From assembly GCA_004764695.1 (NCBI GenBank), contig SMSO01000034.1:3224001-3288000 (forward strand): a stretch of 64,000 nt of DNA. The letters are read 5' to 3'. This DNA is from Schizochytrium sp. TIO01 (taxonomy: Eukaryota; Protista; Bigyra: Labyrinthulomycetes). Positions 1 to 11,642 of the stretch are shown piece by piece; the first letter of the stretch is position 1; each line of letters begins with the position of its first letter. Under the pieces are notes generated by a model, which made no database searches, was not told where the DNA came from, and saw only the letters and a list, made by a program, of their open reading frames with translations. The position numbers and the translations under genes are program-made.

Positions 1-1095
1 TTTGAAGATGAACGTCGCAGAACTTCTATGGAGGGGAACGTCGTCGATGGCAATGGTGGCGATGATGAATCAGTTTATATGAAGAAGGGCACTCACAAAC
101 AAAGCAAGCAAACCTTCGCCTCAGATTTGCTGGAGAGACTCCCGTGCTCGTATGCCATCCAACGCAGTCCCGAGCCTCGGCTAAGTTTCCTCAGAGAACG
201 TGGAGCTGGAACTGGCAAAACTCACCAAAAATGTGATTGATTGATTGATTGATTGACACGTACTATGAAAAGCTAGCTAGCTCTGCCAAATAAGATTTTG
301 GTACACACCCTAAATCGTGGCGTCAAAACTAAAGTCATCATGAAGTGAGCCAGGTCGCTGCGACCATGGCAGGCCAGAGTCGAATGAACCGCGCACATAC
401 ATATACGGCTGGCGCCCGAATTATCGCCTGCGGCCTCGTTTTGTGCAGCTAGGTACCTGCATGTTCCAACACACAAGAGAGGAAAGTGCGCTTCGCTTTG
501 ATGATTTTAATCTTACAAAAACTAATACTGTAGGTAGTAGGGACCACAAAAATACCTAAAGCAAGCATCTGGCTGAGACAGCTCAGAGGCAAGCGTGGAC
601 CTGTCTGTACACTCGACAGCAGCTACATACCTACTTAGCTATTGAGGTCCGTCCTTGCTCGATGGACCGGGCTTAAGGGACCACCTGCGCAGCACACATG
701 CGCTAAGAATCAGGCCAAAATATAAAGTTTACAGGTTATATGATACGAGTTGTCAGGGATTCCTCCCGGAGACTCCAGTCAAGAGTATAAATCTCAAACA
801 ACCATATTGAACGACCGCCATCATCACCTCCTTTAGAGCCGCATCGCCTGCTCGTGGGTGCAAGAGGTGCACAAAACAGGTTTCGAAGCGACTCAGGTTA
901 TGCCGAGAAAAAGCCCACAGTGAAATCAGAAATTGCCGCTGTTCGGTTTTGCGCGAAATGTCTACGCCAAAACGGCACGTACAGGCTCGGTAACAGTCGC
1001 TTTGGCAGCTAGCTTTGAGGCGAGGTGCCGGCGAGGGAAAGCACCGTTCGAGAAACCTTCCTTCTCCGGATCACGGCCTGGCTGGCATGGAAAGT

Positions 1096-3441
1096 TTACA
1101 GCGCCGGGGGGTCCAAAACAGCAAGAAATCGTCCCGAGAGCCCGTCTGGGCCTGAATTGGGAGCCTCCACAAGAGCCCGTGCAAAATCTGCAAATCGAGC
1201 ACGCTCAGCACGGGTCAACCGCGACTCAATGTGTTCTGCAAACGTTGCGTGGAATTGGTGCGCTAACATCACGTAGCGCCCCAAGTATACCGGATCAGAG
1301 CTGTCGTGGGCGCCCAGGTTGGCGAGCTGCTCCAAGTCTCGCAAGATGTATCGCAGCCTCTGAGATACTGCGAAGGCGCCTCGTGTGAATTTCCGAGATC
1401 GCGAGAACAATAGCCCGTGAAAGGCACGCAAAGCACCACGAGCGGCAAGGATTGCAGGCACGATTGCCATCAGCTCAAAGTGGAAATTAGCACCGCGCTT
1501 CAGCACATGCATGGCCTTGAGCACGTAGTAAATCTCGGCTTTGACAAAGTATAAGTTCACCAAAAGCGGGCGCAGCGCTTTACTGCCTCCCAGCAAAGTG
1601 CGATGAGGGTTGCGTACAAGGAGTTCATGCGCCGGAGTGAATTGAGCAAGCGCAGTGCCGGTGAGTCGCTCTTCTAAGGCACTTGCTGCTGGTGGGAGCT
1701 GGGTGGTATCCTCTTGAGCACGGACTTTAATACGGCCCGCACGATCAAGTGCTTCGGAATGAATGAGTTCTTGCAGCTGCATTTGGCATTCGTGCAAAAT
1801 AACTGCATCCTCTTTGTTAAAGATCTCGATCTTTGCCTCGAGTTCACGATAGTTAATGAGTTCATTGATCATATTTCTTGTGGGTGTTGTAACATGGTTA
1901 AGGATTTTCGTGTTGATCCACACGCGGGCTTTATCCCGGAAATGACCCCAGACAGAAGCCCAATGGTCCCATGAAAATAGCGAGGCCATGAGCTCCCCGT
2001 TAGTAGAGATAGATGCATCATGAGATAGTCCTCCAGAACTGTGCACGCCACGCCTAGCAAGACTTGTGCTGTCAAGCCATCGCTGCAGATGACCTGACGC
2101 AGCGGCATACGCAATGCCTAGACCTACGGCCGTGAATGCTAATCCTTCCGGCCAATAAAAGCGCCAGCTTCGTGGAATCTGGGTGTGGCGAGTTCTACAG
2201 CGCATGAAGAACTCAAGTCGGTGCGGCAACTCAGTATTAACAAAAACTATGTGCTCTCCAAGATCAACAAGAATATCTTTCAGTGGGACATGGTCATGCT
2301 CTGCAGCACAAAGCGGGTCGAATTCGCCAAGAACAGCGAGCCGCTTTTGCACACGTATCGCCTTACGAATCATCCCTCTACGCCGAGAGAGAGAGCTTTT
2401 TGTCCACCGTTGAGCAACATTGCGAAGTACCATTTCACAGTCACCTAATGCCTCCATGAGTACGAGCATGGCATCTTCAAGGCCTTCTAGTATTGGGGAC
2501 GGGAAGTTTGCTACGTGCAATACAAATTTACGTACTGGCATAGATTCCAGGTCTCTCCAAAACGCAAGTTGCGCAGATCCATGGTCGAGCCACTTGCAAA
2601 GTTCCACCTTCAGCTGCACCAGTTCTACTACTACAACAGCCAGCCAAACGTGAACCTCTTCTTGCTCAATTTCCTCTAGACTTTCCTGTTGACCACCTTG
2701 CCAATTGTGTTCTATATAGCTCAAACTTTCGTTCTGGTCAAGTCCCACTCCATGATGAAAATTCTTGATGTTTCCTTGGCCATGGCTTGCATCCAATAGT
2801 TCCCACCGTTCGCTACTAGTGTCATTTACTCCAGATCTTTCCTGATGCTGATGTACCAAAGTTGAACTGATAGATTGATCTGGACCAGATTTCTTCATCT
2901 CCTCATTCTTGCTGTCGCCGTCTCGAAACGCTCTTTGTCTTGCTGGATTATCAAGATACCTTTCAAGTGAATGACCGTCCTGACCTTGATCCTCGTCTCC
3001 GATCGCCGATTGCTCTACATGATGTCCCCAAGAAGATGACCTCCACGAAGACCCAGAGTCTGAATCCGAATCAAGCTTCGCGTACTCCGCATTGCCGGTG
3101 TTCTTTAGCCCTAATTCGATATTTGACATCAATTTTGATTTCGTATCATTCCTTAATTTCTCGGTTCTCTCGCGATCTTGTCTACGCCTTCTTCTACTTT
3201 TGCGGGCCAGTTCACGTCGGTTCTTTACACTCTCCGCATAGGAGGTCGCCGCTTGTGCTTGTACACTGCTCTGCGGCGGTCTCAGGCCTCCCGGCCTTGC
3301 CTTCTCCACAGCATCCAGAGCCTCGTCAAGGGACTGCAGGAGGTTCATGTCAGCCAACTTCGACGTGACACTCATCTCGAGTAGCTTTCTCCGCACATCA
3401 GCGAGGCCACTTCTCGCGATTTTCGCGGCATTGGCCTCCAT
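1096..3441 (-). CDS. NCA2/DGS1-family (nuclear control of ATPase 2-like) mitochondrial membrane protein, ~781 aa
   Basis: Single long ORF; first ATG at 3441. The C-terminal block LLVNLYFVKAEIYYVLKAMHVLKRGANFHFELMAIVPAILAA resembles the NCA2/DGS1 'LDQILxANELNFxLLAAxP' motif. A central TM segment follows RFYW, and an N-terminal 'LAFW' motif is present. Confidence 0.7.
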   Translation of the reverse strand: MEANAAKIARSGLADVRRKLLEMSVTSKLADMNLLQSLDEALDAVEKARPGGLRPPQSSVQAQAATSYAESVKNRRELARKSRRRRRQDRERTEKLRNDTKSKLMSNIELGLKNTGNAEYAKLDSDSDSGSSWRSSSWGHHVEQSAIGDEDQGQDGHSLERYLDNPARQRAFRDGDSKNEEMKKSGPDQSISSTLVHQHQERSGVNDTSSERWELLDASHGQGNIKNFHHGVGLDQNESLSYIEHNWQGGQQESLEEIEQEEVHVWLAVVVVELVQLKVELCKWLDHGSAQLAFWRDLESMPVRKFVLHVANFPSPILEGLEDAMLVLMEALGDCEMVLRNVAQRWTKSSLSRRRGMIRKAIRVQKRLAVLGEFDPLCAAEHDHVPLKDILVDLGEHIVFVNTELPHRLEFFMRCRTRHTQIPRSWRFYWPEGLAFTAVGLGIAYAAASGHLQRWLDSTSLARRGVHSSGGLSHDASISTNGELMASLFSWDHWASVWGHFRDKARVWINTKILNHVTTPTRNMINELINYRELEAKIEIFNKEDAVILHECQMQLQELIHSEALDRAGRIKVRAQEDTTQLPPAASALEERLTGTALAQFTPAHELLVRNPHRTLLGGSKALRPLLVNLYFVKAEIYYVLKAMHVLKRGANFHFELMAIVPAILAARGALRAFHGLLFSRSRKFTRGAFAVSQRLRYILRDLEQLANLGAHDSSDPVYLGRYVMLAHQFHATFAEHIESRLTRAERARFADFARALVEAPNSGPDGLSGRFLAVLDPPAL

Positions 3442-3828
3442 TTCGCCTCCTGGTAGCCACTTCACTCACGCGCTCCCACTCTGTTGCAAGGTCGGCCTCA
3501 ATTTACGAAAATAACTTTTCGGATTTCCAATCTGGTCAGCATGATCACCTCACGAGCGTGTTTCGTGGCTCCGGGTGGCTCTTGGGTTCGTTGGACCCTC
3601 TCCCGCCCGAAGTCTTATCTTTCCACTTCGTCCCGTGCCACTCCGGCGTGAAGTTTGACGTTCTGCTGCGTATGGTGGGCGTTTTAGGTAACTTGACGAC
3701 TTTGACGACTTTGACGAGGTTTCGTTGGTCTAACATGGCCCAAATCCAAATCGCGCACGGCTGCCTGAGCTTGGGACCGTTCTTGCGCGTGGTCTGCGGC
3801 GTTCTGACGCGCGGTATTGGCCTCCGCA
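3442..3828. promoter_or_regulatory. Putative bidirectional promoter, containing a 9-bp tandem motif (TTGACGACT x~3, 3693-3719)
   Basis: 387-bp gap between two divergent ATGs; the tandem motif is directly visible. Confidence 0.45.
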
Positions 3829-4365
3829 ATGAGCTCCCGCGCCGTCGCTCGCCTCGAGGAGCGTTTCTCAGGGGTTGAGAAGCGCGGATCGGTGCTGATG
3901 GACACTATGGCTGCAACTTTGCAGCGTCTTGAAACCGCTCGCAAGTACCAAGACCTCGGGCTTTCGCTGCCGGGCCCTTTTGCGCGGCCTCAAAGACCCC
4001 TATCGGTGCCATCTTCATCAGCTTCTACAGCTTCTTCGTCCGTCGTGGCTGGGGGATCCATGGAGGATGTACCGGATTCCGAGGACATCTATGAATACCT
4101 TTTGCCGCGGCTTGTGGCGTCGCTCGTTTCGCGCGCGGAGGAGACGCTCGAGCAGCTTCGCTTGTGCGTAGAAGAGCTCGAGGTAGTCTCAAAGCAGCTC
4201 GAGTCCTTCGCTGCTAGTGACGAGTCCTTCCGCTCCACAGCTTACTGGCATGCGCAAGAGTTTCTCCGCAAAAAGCAGCTACTTGAGGCCGCGCTACTCC
4301 CCGACGGTTCGGACCGCTTTTCAGATCTCCAGGTCGCCTGGAATTCAAACAGCAGTGTACCCTAG
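3829..4365 (+). CDS. Small helical protein (178 aa), possibly C1orf109/AIRIM-like
   Basis: GC3-rich ORF, ATG at 3829, divergent from the NCA2-like gene. The C-terminus HAQEFLRKKQLLEAAL...DLQVAWN resembles the C1orf109 pattern 'YxxxYLKRKxLL...ALxxAW'. The CDS is likely; the family call is weak. Confidence 0.5.
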   Translation: MSSRAVARLEERFSGVEKRGSVLMDTMAATLQRLETARKYQDLGLSLPGPFARPQRPLSVPSSSASTASSSVVAGGSMEDVPDSEDIYEYLLPRLVASLVSRAEETLEQLRLCVEELEVVSKQLESFAASDESFRSTAYWHAQEFLRKKQLLEAALLPDGSDRFSDLQVAWNSNSSVP

Positions 4366-6388
4366 TCCTTCTCGCCACGTCTGGTATTGTGAAGGCTTTG
4401 CTCGAGGCCCTTGCGGGTCTACGGCATCCTTAATCTGTGTCACATTCATGCTCCTGAGGTTTATTTTGACATCTTCTCGTGCGTGCACTCTTACAAATAT
4501 TCGTTTATGGCTTTTAATTATGATGCATCTGCTTTTCTTTGCGCTTAGCTTGCTGGTGATGCTCTCTCAAGGATATTACGGCCTGTTATCTTGCTTCAAC
4601 AGCAACTTCATTGCAGTTGAAGGGTGCAATTTGCATTTTTGTGCGTTTCAAAGGCCAATATATTTCAGCTTTGCTGACGCTTAACGATGCGCCTTGAGTT
4701 TAAATTGAAAGGATGTGGTTGCATGCTTACCTGTAAAATTTGCGAGAAATTTGAGCGCTGCTAAGTCTTGCAGTTTCTGGGAAACTGAAAATTAGTGGTT
4801 CGTTAAATTTCTTCCCAAGTTTAACTGTGCTGATTTGCGCAATTGGGCAATTTTTAAGCACCTCAGCTGCATATACACAATGCTCATACCTGGGCAAGAG
4901 GAGATTGTGTGACGGTACGATTTCCGTGTTGCAAATAAGTTTATTAAGTTTACTTAAGTTTTTAAAACTTAAAGAGCAACTTGTTCAAATACTCTTTTCC
5001 TGAAGCACCTTTGCGTTTAGATTCGCACAATCGTATCAAACTCTTTCTCCATCCATTTGCATCTTTATTCAGATGGCGTATCTGGGGACCTTGCACCCAG
5101 TCTCTCCAGACAAATGTGCCTTGCGCACCAGAAACCGCGGACCCTGCACCGAATTTGCTAACGAAAGTACACATCTCTTCCCTTATTTCTTTAAACTATA
5201 TTCACAACGCACACCTACTTTTCGTATTCCCATGGGACTGGATTCCAATCGCGACCAAACCTATTGCGATACTTTTGGTTGCTTGGAATAGCTCGGACCG
5301 CCCTTGGTCTTATTTTTCCTTGTTTCTATCCACGGCATTCTCTCTGACAGCGGTGGTGGTGTTCGAAAGGCATCAGATGTCCCTTCCCACCGTGAGAGCG
5401 TTGTTGCCAGTTCTCGCCTCCCAGGCTACCATTTCTTGTCATTGCAAGGCCATTGCAAAGCCGACGTTGGCCGTTTCTGTGGACCACCATCGTTTGGTTT
5501 CTTCTGCGGCTCCACATCCCTGGCCACGTGAATTCGCCACAGGTGTCGATGGCATGTGCTCTGCCCTCACTTGGCACTTTTCTTTCTCGAGTCACGAACG
5601 ACAACTTTTTTTTCTTTCTTTTTTCCTTTTCCCACTCTTTCAGAAATCCAGTAATCTATTCTCCTCAATAAAAGAAGAAGAGATCATCATTCAACCATAA
5701 ATAAACAAATCAATAAACTTATAAATCAATAGGTGACTCAATAATAAATAAATGAAACAGAAACAGAAACAAAGAAAACAAAGAAAAGGAAAGGAAAGTC
5801 CCTCTCCCTCTTATCGTTATTATTATTTTATTTTCTATTTTCTATTTTTTAAATTATTAATTAACTTTTTTGATTTGGTTGCTGTTTGCAATCATCGAAT
5901 CGCGAAATCGATGTGGTCGCAAGTTATCTCAGCGTGGTAATCATAATCATCCGCGCCAATGTGGCTCAAGAACGTCTCCTTCTCTTCGTCTCCTCCGCAC
6001 ACGCTCAGCTCCAACCGTGACGCAAATGGCCCTCGCTCGAAGCCTCGCCTCGCATTAGTTTAGTTTACATTCCTGTAAAGTGGACCTCCACTAATCAAGC
6101 TACTTCGCTCGCTGAAGAGATGGCCACGCTGGCGAAGAGATAGATGCTAAAGCTATACGCTCCAGACGAAGGCGGACTTGAAGTTATTGGCGATCTGCGC
6201 AGCGCTCGAGAAAGAGGCCACGCAAAGCAAGTTCAATACGGGCTCTGCTGGTGGACGTCGGCTCTGATCTGATTGATTCATTGATGCATTGATTCATTGA
6301 TTCATTGCTATGCGTTGGAGGCCCTTAGAATGTGCAATTAATTGCACGCACGTGAATGGTGCAGACCAAATCAAATGAACGATTGTGA

Positions 6389-6484
6389 GAAATCGAAGCA
6401 GAAATCGAAGCAGAAATCGAAGAAGAGATCGAAGAAGAGATCGAAGAAGAGATCGAAGAAGAGATCGAAGAAGAGATCGGAGAA
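6389..6484. repeat. 12-bp tandem repeat GA(A/G)ATCGAAG(C/A)A x8
   Basis: Directly visible; the unit drifts from GAAATCGAAGCA to GAGATCGAAGAA. Confidence 0.95.
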
Positions 6485-7957
6485 GAGGGATGCGGGGTTC
6501 TTCGGGTTCCTGCCTCAAGAGCAGAAGGGCCTTTAATTTATAGACCTCGACATTTGACGGATGTTTCCTGAAGTTTACAGATAAAGTGTTTTCTCAAATG
6601 AAGTAAGAAAGAGGGAGTGAAGAACCAATCAATGAATGGCAAAAGACCACAGCGCAGTTAGCTCAATTACTTCGTCAGTCTTTCTGCGACGAACCAATGG
6701 CAGCTTGCTTGGCTTTCTTTCAGCCAGCTAGGTACCGGCAGAGGGGCTATCAGACTACCTCTTGAGAGAGACGAGTCGAAGATGGCAGGAAGCAGCAGCC
6801 TCGAAGTTGGCGCTGATTTGTTTATTTGATGATCGTTGCTGCTGCTGTTGTTGCCATTGCTTTCTTTGGTCAGACTCACTTTTAGAGTTATGTAATTAAA
6901 ATTATTTATTTATATATTTATTTATTCATTCGTTCTCCTCAAACAAACGAAACATTCTTTCACACCAAAAGCTGAAACACCGTCTTTTTCTTCCCTTTCT
7001 TCTGTTTGTTTATTTGTTTACTTATTTATTGTTTATTTCTTTGTTTGTTTGTTTGTTTGTTTGCCCATCTGAAAATAAAAACACACTGATCGAGACTATA
7101 AAACTACAACACAAACGGTTCTCGTGCAAACTCGGCATTCCTCGGAACGGGCTCCCATTTGCCAGACTGAATCCTGAGAGGTCAGCTGCTTTGCAGGGGC
7201 GGACTTTGTTCAATCCGCAAAATACATCGAGCACAAGGCCAGGGCAAGGCTGAAGATGCAGAGCGCTATGTATCTATCTCCCTGTACCAGCAAAGAGTCA
7301 ATTACATTGATTAAAGGTAGATAGCAAAATCAAACATGATAATATTTTTATTAACACATTTCCTTCTCAGGACATTGTTTTTGTAGTACTTTTTAATTAA
7401 ACTTCTTTCTCTCTGTTTTTCTTTTGGGAAGTTCAAAGAAACAGACACTTTTTTCCAACAACATTTAAAAAAAAAAATCAGAAGTCATGGTTGCCAAGAA
7501 AATATAACAAAAAAGTTAGAATATCGAAAAGGGAGAAAAAGGTTGAGTAAGGTAAAGCAATTATATCATTTTTATTTTAGAATCAAATAAAAGCAAAAAA
7601 GCAAAAAACAAACACTCTGTTTACAAGTCTTTTTTAACAGCAACTTTGAATTAAGAATAGTAATAATAATAATTATTATTATTATTAATAGTGAAGTCTT
7701 CTTTTGTATCGTGGGAATGAAATTTTATTTGTCTCTATAGTACATCTTCGAATTCATTCCTTTTCTATTTCCATGGCAACTCACCCAAGCGCTCCTACAG
7801 CAGAGGGAAGACATCGAGGCACCGAGGCAGCCTGAGTCTCCTTGTCTCCCGCTCTACTTCTCCACTTGGCAGACCACCCCAGCTACCTGGAGGCCTCCCG
7901 AGCAAGGGTGGAGCTGCGCAAGGCCCTCACTTCTCATTCGCATTCTCTCGTTCGCAA

Positions 7958-8021
7958 AAAAGAAAGAAAGAAAGAAACAAACAAACAAACAAACAAACAA
8001 ACAAACAAACAAACAAACAAC
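7958..8021. repeat. (AAAG)n(AAAC)n compound microsatellite
   Basis: Directly visible. Confidence 0.95.
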
Positions 8022-8408
8022 TTTCGAAGGAACGAACAAACAAACGATCGATCGATCAGCCAACGACGACAAGGCAACAACAGCAAGTTGGCCAGTCACA
8101 GGGTGGCTAGGCTGGCAAGGCAGCTAATTAGGCCTGCCAGCCCATAAACCAACGTTGCGGCAGCGATTGTGAGGCTCGAGCTCCACCGAGTGAGCAGGGA
8201 AAGCCACTTCTCTTCTTCTTCTGTAAACTACTATAGTTTCTTTATCCGTCCAGAAGGTAAATAACAAAATAAATAAATAACAACAACAAAAACAACGAAG
8301 AAACAGAAACAGAGTTTGCGAGGCCCAAAGCAACAAACTGCAAAGTCCGAGCTACGGACGGTGACGGTCAGTCAACAGTCACTCGCCTTGGCTCGAGCTT
8401 CCTGAGCC

Positions 8409-11400
8409 ATGGCGGACTTTCCTGTCTCGTGGGCGCTTGGCGGCTGGCCCTTGGGCTCTGCGTACTCTAGGAACGCCTCTATGTCTCAGAGCAGCGATGC
8501 TGCCATTTTGGCCGCTCTCCAGCGAGTTCGAGACGTTGGTCAGGGTCCTTCCTTTGCATCCTTCCCGTTCACATCTTTCCCATTCGCTGCTACTTCGTTG
8601 TCAATGCAGAGCCCAAACTTCAACTCTGTGCCTTTGGCGCAACAGCACCAGCTTCAGCAGCACCAGCAGTACCAGAGACCTCCATTCGCATCTTCGTTGT
8701 CATCTTCAACCTCGTCGTCATCGAGTTCTGTGAGCCCGATCTCTTTGTGGCCTACGACAGCAAGCTTTGCGAGGCCTTCTCCTGCAGCCCCCGTTCTCAC
8801 GAGCACAAACACTGCGTCTGCGTGGAAGGAGCAAAGCATGCCAAAGAAGCCTCCTCGCAAAAAGCCTCGTCTTGTAAAGCCGCATGATGATGAGGCAAGG
8901 GCCAAAGCAGACGTCACTTCTAATTTGCAAAGCTCGAGCATTGCGATGCCACGGCATTCGACGACGGATTCTGCTGCAGCGTTGTATGCGTCAATGCCTG
9001 TTCCGCCCCCGCAGGCATTGAACAATATTTTTAGACCACAAGCATCGTTGTGGCCAGGCCCGATCCCTGGGTCGAGAGCGGCTGCGGCAACATCAGCGGC
9101 CACGCCCCGGAGCACACTTCCATCGGCGGCGCAACCATTTGCAAAGTTGGCTTCATCAGGACCAATCTACCCTTCTTTCACGGCATCTTCTTTATCCTCG
9201 GCGTCTGCGTCATCAGCATCATCGGTGTCATCGGAATCATCCGAATCAGAAGCGGCTGTAAAGCCCATGTATTCGAGACAGTCTGGCTTCATGGGGGGGA
9301 CATTCATTTCTGAAGAATCTGTTTTCCTGAGACAACCTGCAATCTCAAGCGAGCCAGTTTTATTGAATCCTGGGGCACGTCCTGTGTCTTTAAGTGCGTC
9401 AAACAGCTCCTCTGCCAAAACACCAGAACTTACAAAGAAAACAACAAAGAGAAGGAGATCAGCTTCAGAAACTAAAACAACCAAAACAAAGAAGCAGAGC
9501 CCTGTAAGACAGCTTGTGCCTGACTCCAAAGCAGACGTGGTTCTTGCAAAACCAGTGCAGTCTAGCGAAGAAACTGCCATCTCCAAGAGCCCGAGCCCCG
9601 CAAAGGAACGTGTGTCTTTGACTAAACCAAGCCCTCCAAAGACCCCGTCCCCCCAAAACATGAGAACAACTACTGCAGAGACCGAAGCTGCCACTGAAAA
9701 GCCAACCAGAGCAAACAAGAAAACCTCCCCATTAGAGGAAAATGTATCTAAGGAGGCAAATTCTACAATTTTGGCGACCGAAACAACGCCTGTTAGGAAA
9801 ACTGTAAAGAAGACATTGGCTTCAAAGAAACCAACTTCTACAAAGAAGAAAGCTCCTGCAAAAAGAGTTAGCTCTGCTAAACGCTCAACTCCTACGAAAA
9901 TTGTAGAGGACAAAACAGATAAGGAGAAGGAAGAAGAGAAAAACGACGAAGAAGAGGTCGAAAAAACAGGAGGAGCGGCCTCTGGCAAAACACCTGCGAA
10001 GACGCCTTCGAGACCCAGGAGGGCTGCGGCGTCAAAAACCCCTCAATTATCTGAGAAATCAAAGTCAAATGCTTCTTCTTCATCAAAGAAGAAACCTGCA
10101 GCTAGGTCGGCTTCAAAGAGAACAAATTTGAAAAAGGAACCGTCTTCAAAGAAGGCGACGAAATCCACTGCTTCATCTTCACCAGAAAGTGCACCGCTGC
10201 AAACGAGGTCATCATCGATAAAGGCATCCTCAGCAAACAGTGAAGCAGCTTCTTCAACAAACCCACCGAAGGCTAATTCAGTACCAGATGCTTTACTTGA
10301 AGCAAATCCGCTAGCAACTTTGTCTTCCTTGGCTGCTGCAGCGGCAGCCATAACTCGTTCACCCCCTAGCGAGAACGCAGCTCCTCGAACGCGCCCTCGT
10401 AAACCTGCCCCAAAGAATTCTAAGTTAGTTGCACAGCAGCCAAAGCAGGAGCAAGAACCTAAAAGAAGCGGTGGATCCAAAGCAAAAGGTGCTGCAAGCA
10501 AGGGTAAAAAGCGCAAAGCTTCAAAGCCTGTTATTGAGACAGATGAAGACGCAACACAAGCCCAAAAGTCTGATACCGAGACGCAGGGTGAGAAAAACCT
10601 AGCGACGAAGGATCGTGATCTGCAAAGAGAGATGAGGAAATGTCCTTTGTGGAGTCCCTACTTCAGGCGCCTGCGAGAGTATCTGCGGAAGATTAATTTT
10701 GAAAAGACTGTACTAGATACCTACGAGCGTGAAGGATGGCGCAGCGCGAATCTCGAGAAAATGCGTCCTGAAAAGGAACTGGCTCAGTCAAGGCGTCGTG
10801 TGGTTTTGTATAAAGCTAAAATCCACACTCTACTGAAAGACCTTATGGAAGGCGAAGAAGCCCAGAAAGAAGTGACTCTCAAAGAAGGAGACAAAGATGG
10901 GCTTTCTTTTGAACACATTCATTGTTCTCGCTGCCAAGGTGGAGACTCTGATAATGACGACAATGATATCGTTATGTGCGATCTTGAAGGTTGCAACAAG
11001 GCCTTTCATCAAGAATGCTGCGATCCGCCAGTGTCTAAAGCTGAAGTGGAATCCGAAGACGATTGGTTTTGTCGGCGCTGTCTGTGCATGCTTGGGTGCT
11101 TAAATGAAATCAATGAAGTTCTCAGCACGAACTTTGATGACTGGCATGACGTTTATCCCGAGAGTGAAACAACTGCTGAGCTTGAAAAACTCGATGCGGA
11201 AGCTAACGCTAAAGCTGATGAACATCGCTCTCGACGAAGCGGGAGACGTATTCGAAAGCCTGCTGTGGTCACGAAAGCGGCATGGGATACGCACTCATTC
11301 AAGTCGAGTGAATCTGAAGGTGACGAAGACTTTGACACTGGTGATGAAGAGGAATTAGACAACGCCATGGAGACTGGCGATGAGGAAGACGATATCGATG

Positions 11401-11642
11401 ACACTGATGCGGGGCTCATTCTTGATTTTAAGCGTGCACGTCCGAAAGTTGACTATCGTGCTCTTGCTGCGCAAATGTTTAAAGGCGAGGAAGATGAGGA
11501 TGCTATGGATGGCTATGATGCACCCACAGGTCGAAACAAAAAATCAAAAGGAGTTGAAAGTACTTTGGATGAGGACTATGAAGAAGGTAAAAATTACCCT
11601 AGCAGCCCAGATGCCAATCTTCGAGATATTTATCATGAGTAA
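8409..11642 (+). CDS. PHD-finger chromatin protein related to plant HAT3.1/PRH, with a long S/K/T-rich disordered N-terminus (1077 aa)
   Basis: C4HC3 PHD finger (CSRC..CDLEGC..FHQECC..WFCRRC). It is preceded by LDTYEREGWRSANLEKMRPEKEL, matching the HAT3.1/PRH 'LIDAYxxEGW...EKIRPEKEL' block, and followed by WHDVYPE and KRARPKVDYRAL. A terminal intron 11587-11696 (GTAAAA...TTACAG) is possible and would end the CDS at 11701. Confidence 0.85.
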   Translation: MADFPVSWALGGWPLGSAYSRNASMSQSSDAAILAALQRVRDVGQGPSFASFPFTSFPFAATSLSMQSPNFNSVPLAQQHQLQQHQQYQRPPFASSLSSSTSSSSSSVSPISLWPTTASFARPSPAAPVLTSTNTASAWKEQSMPKKPPRKKPRLVKPHDDEARAKADVTSNLQSSSIAMPRHSTTDSAAALYASMPVPPPQALNNIFRPQASLWPGPIPGSRAAAATSAATPRSTLPSAAQPFAKLASSGPIYPSFTASSLSSASASSASSVSSESSESEAAVKPMYSRQSGFMGGTFISEESVFLRQPAISSEPVLLNPGARPVSLSASNSSSAKTPELTKKTTKRRRSASETKTTKTKKQSPVRQLVPDSKADVVLAKPVQSSEETAISKSPSPAKERVSLTKPSPPKTPSPQNMRTTTAETEAATEKPTRANKKTSPLEENVSKEANSTILATETTPVRKTVKKTLASKKPTSTKKKAPAKRVSSAKRSTPTKIVEDKTDKEKEEEKNDEEEVEKTGGAASGKTPAKTPSRPRRAAASKTPQLSEKSKSNASSSSKKKPAARSASKRTNLKKEPSSKKATKSTASSSPESAPLQTRSSSIKASSANSEAASSTNPPKANSVPDALLEANPLATLSSLAAAAAAITRSPPSENAAPRTRPRKPAPKNSKLVAQQPKQEQEPKRSGGSKAKGAASKGKKRKASKPVIETDEDATQAQKSDTETQGEKNLATKDRDLQREMRKCPLWSPYFRRLREYLRKINFEKTVLDTYEREGWRSANLEKMRPEKELAQSRRRVVLYKAKIHTLLKDLMEGEEAQKEVTLKEGDKDGLSFEHIHCSRCQGGDSDNDDNDIVMCDLEGCNKAFHQECCDPPVSKAEVESEDDWFCRRCLCMLGCLNEINEVLSTNFDDWHDVYPESETTAELEKLDAEANAKADEHRSRRSGRRIRKPAVVTKAAWDTHSFKSSESEGDEDFDTGDEEELDNAMETGDEEDDIDDTDAGLILDFKRARPKVDYRALAAQMFKGEEDEDAMDGYDAPTGRNKKSKGVESTLDEDYEEGKNYPSSPDANLRDIYHE

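Noticed and set aside
4981-5700. 239-aa hydrophobic ORF
   Set aside because: No ATG near its start, runs into T-rich low-complexity sequence and has no recognisable motif; likely spurious.
6294-6536. ORFs encoding (LLRS)n or (SKKR)n
   Set aside because: Artefacts of the 12-bp tandem repeat.
6651-6730. GCGCAGTTAGCTCAAT, resembling a tRNA 5' end/A-box
   Set aside because: No GTTCRA T-loop and no acceptor-stem complement at the expected distance.
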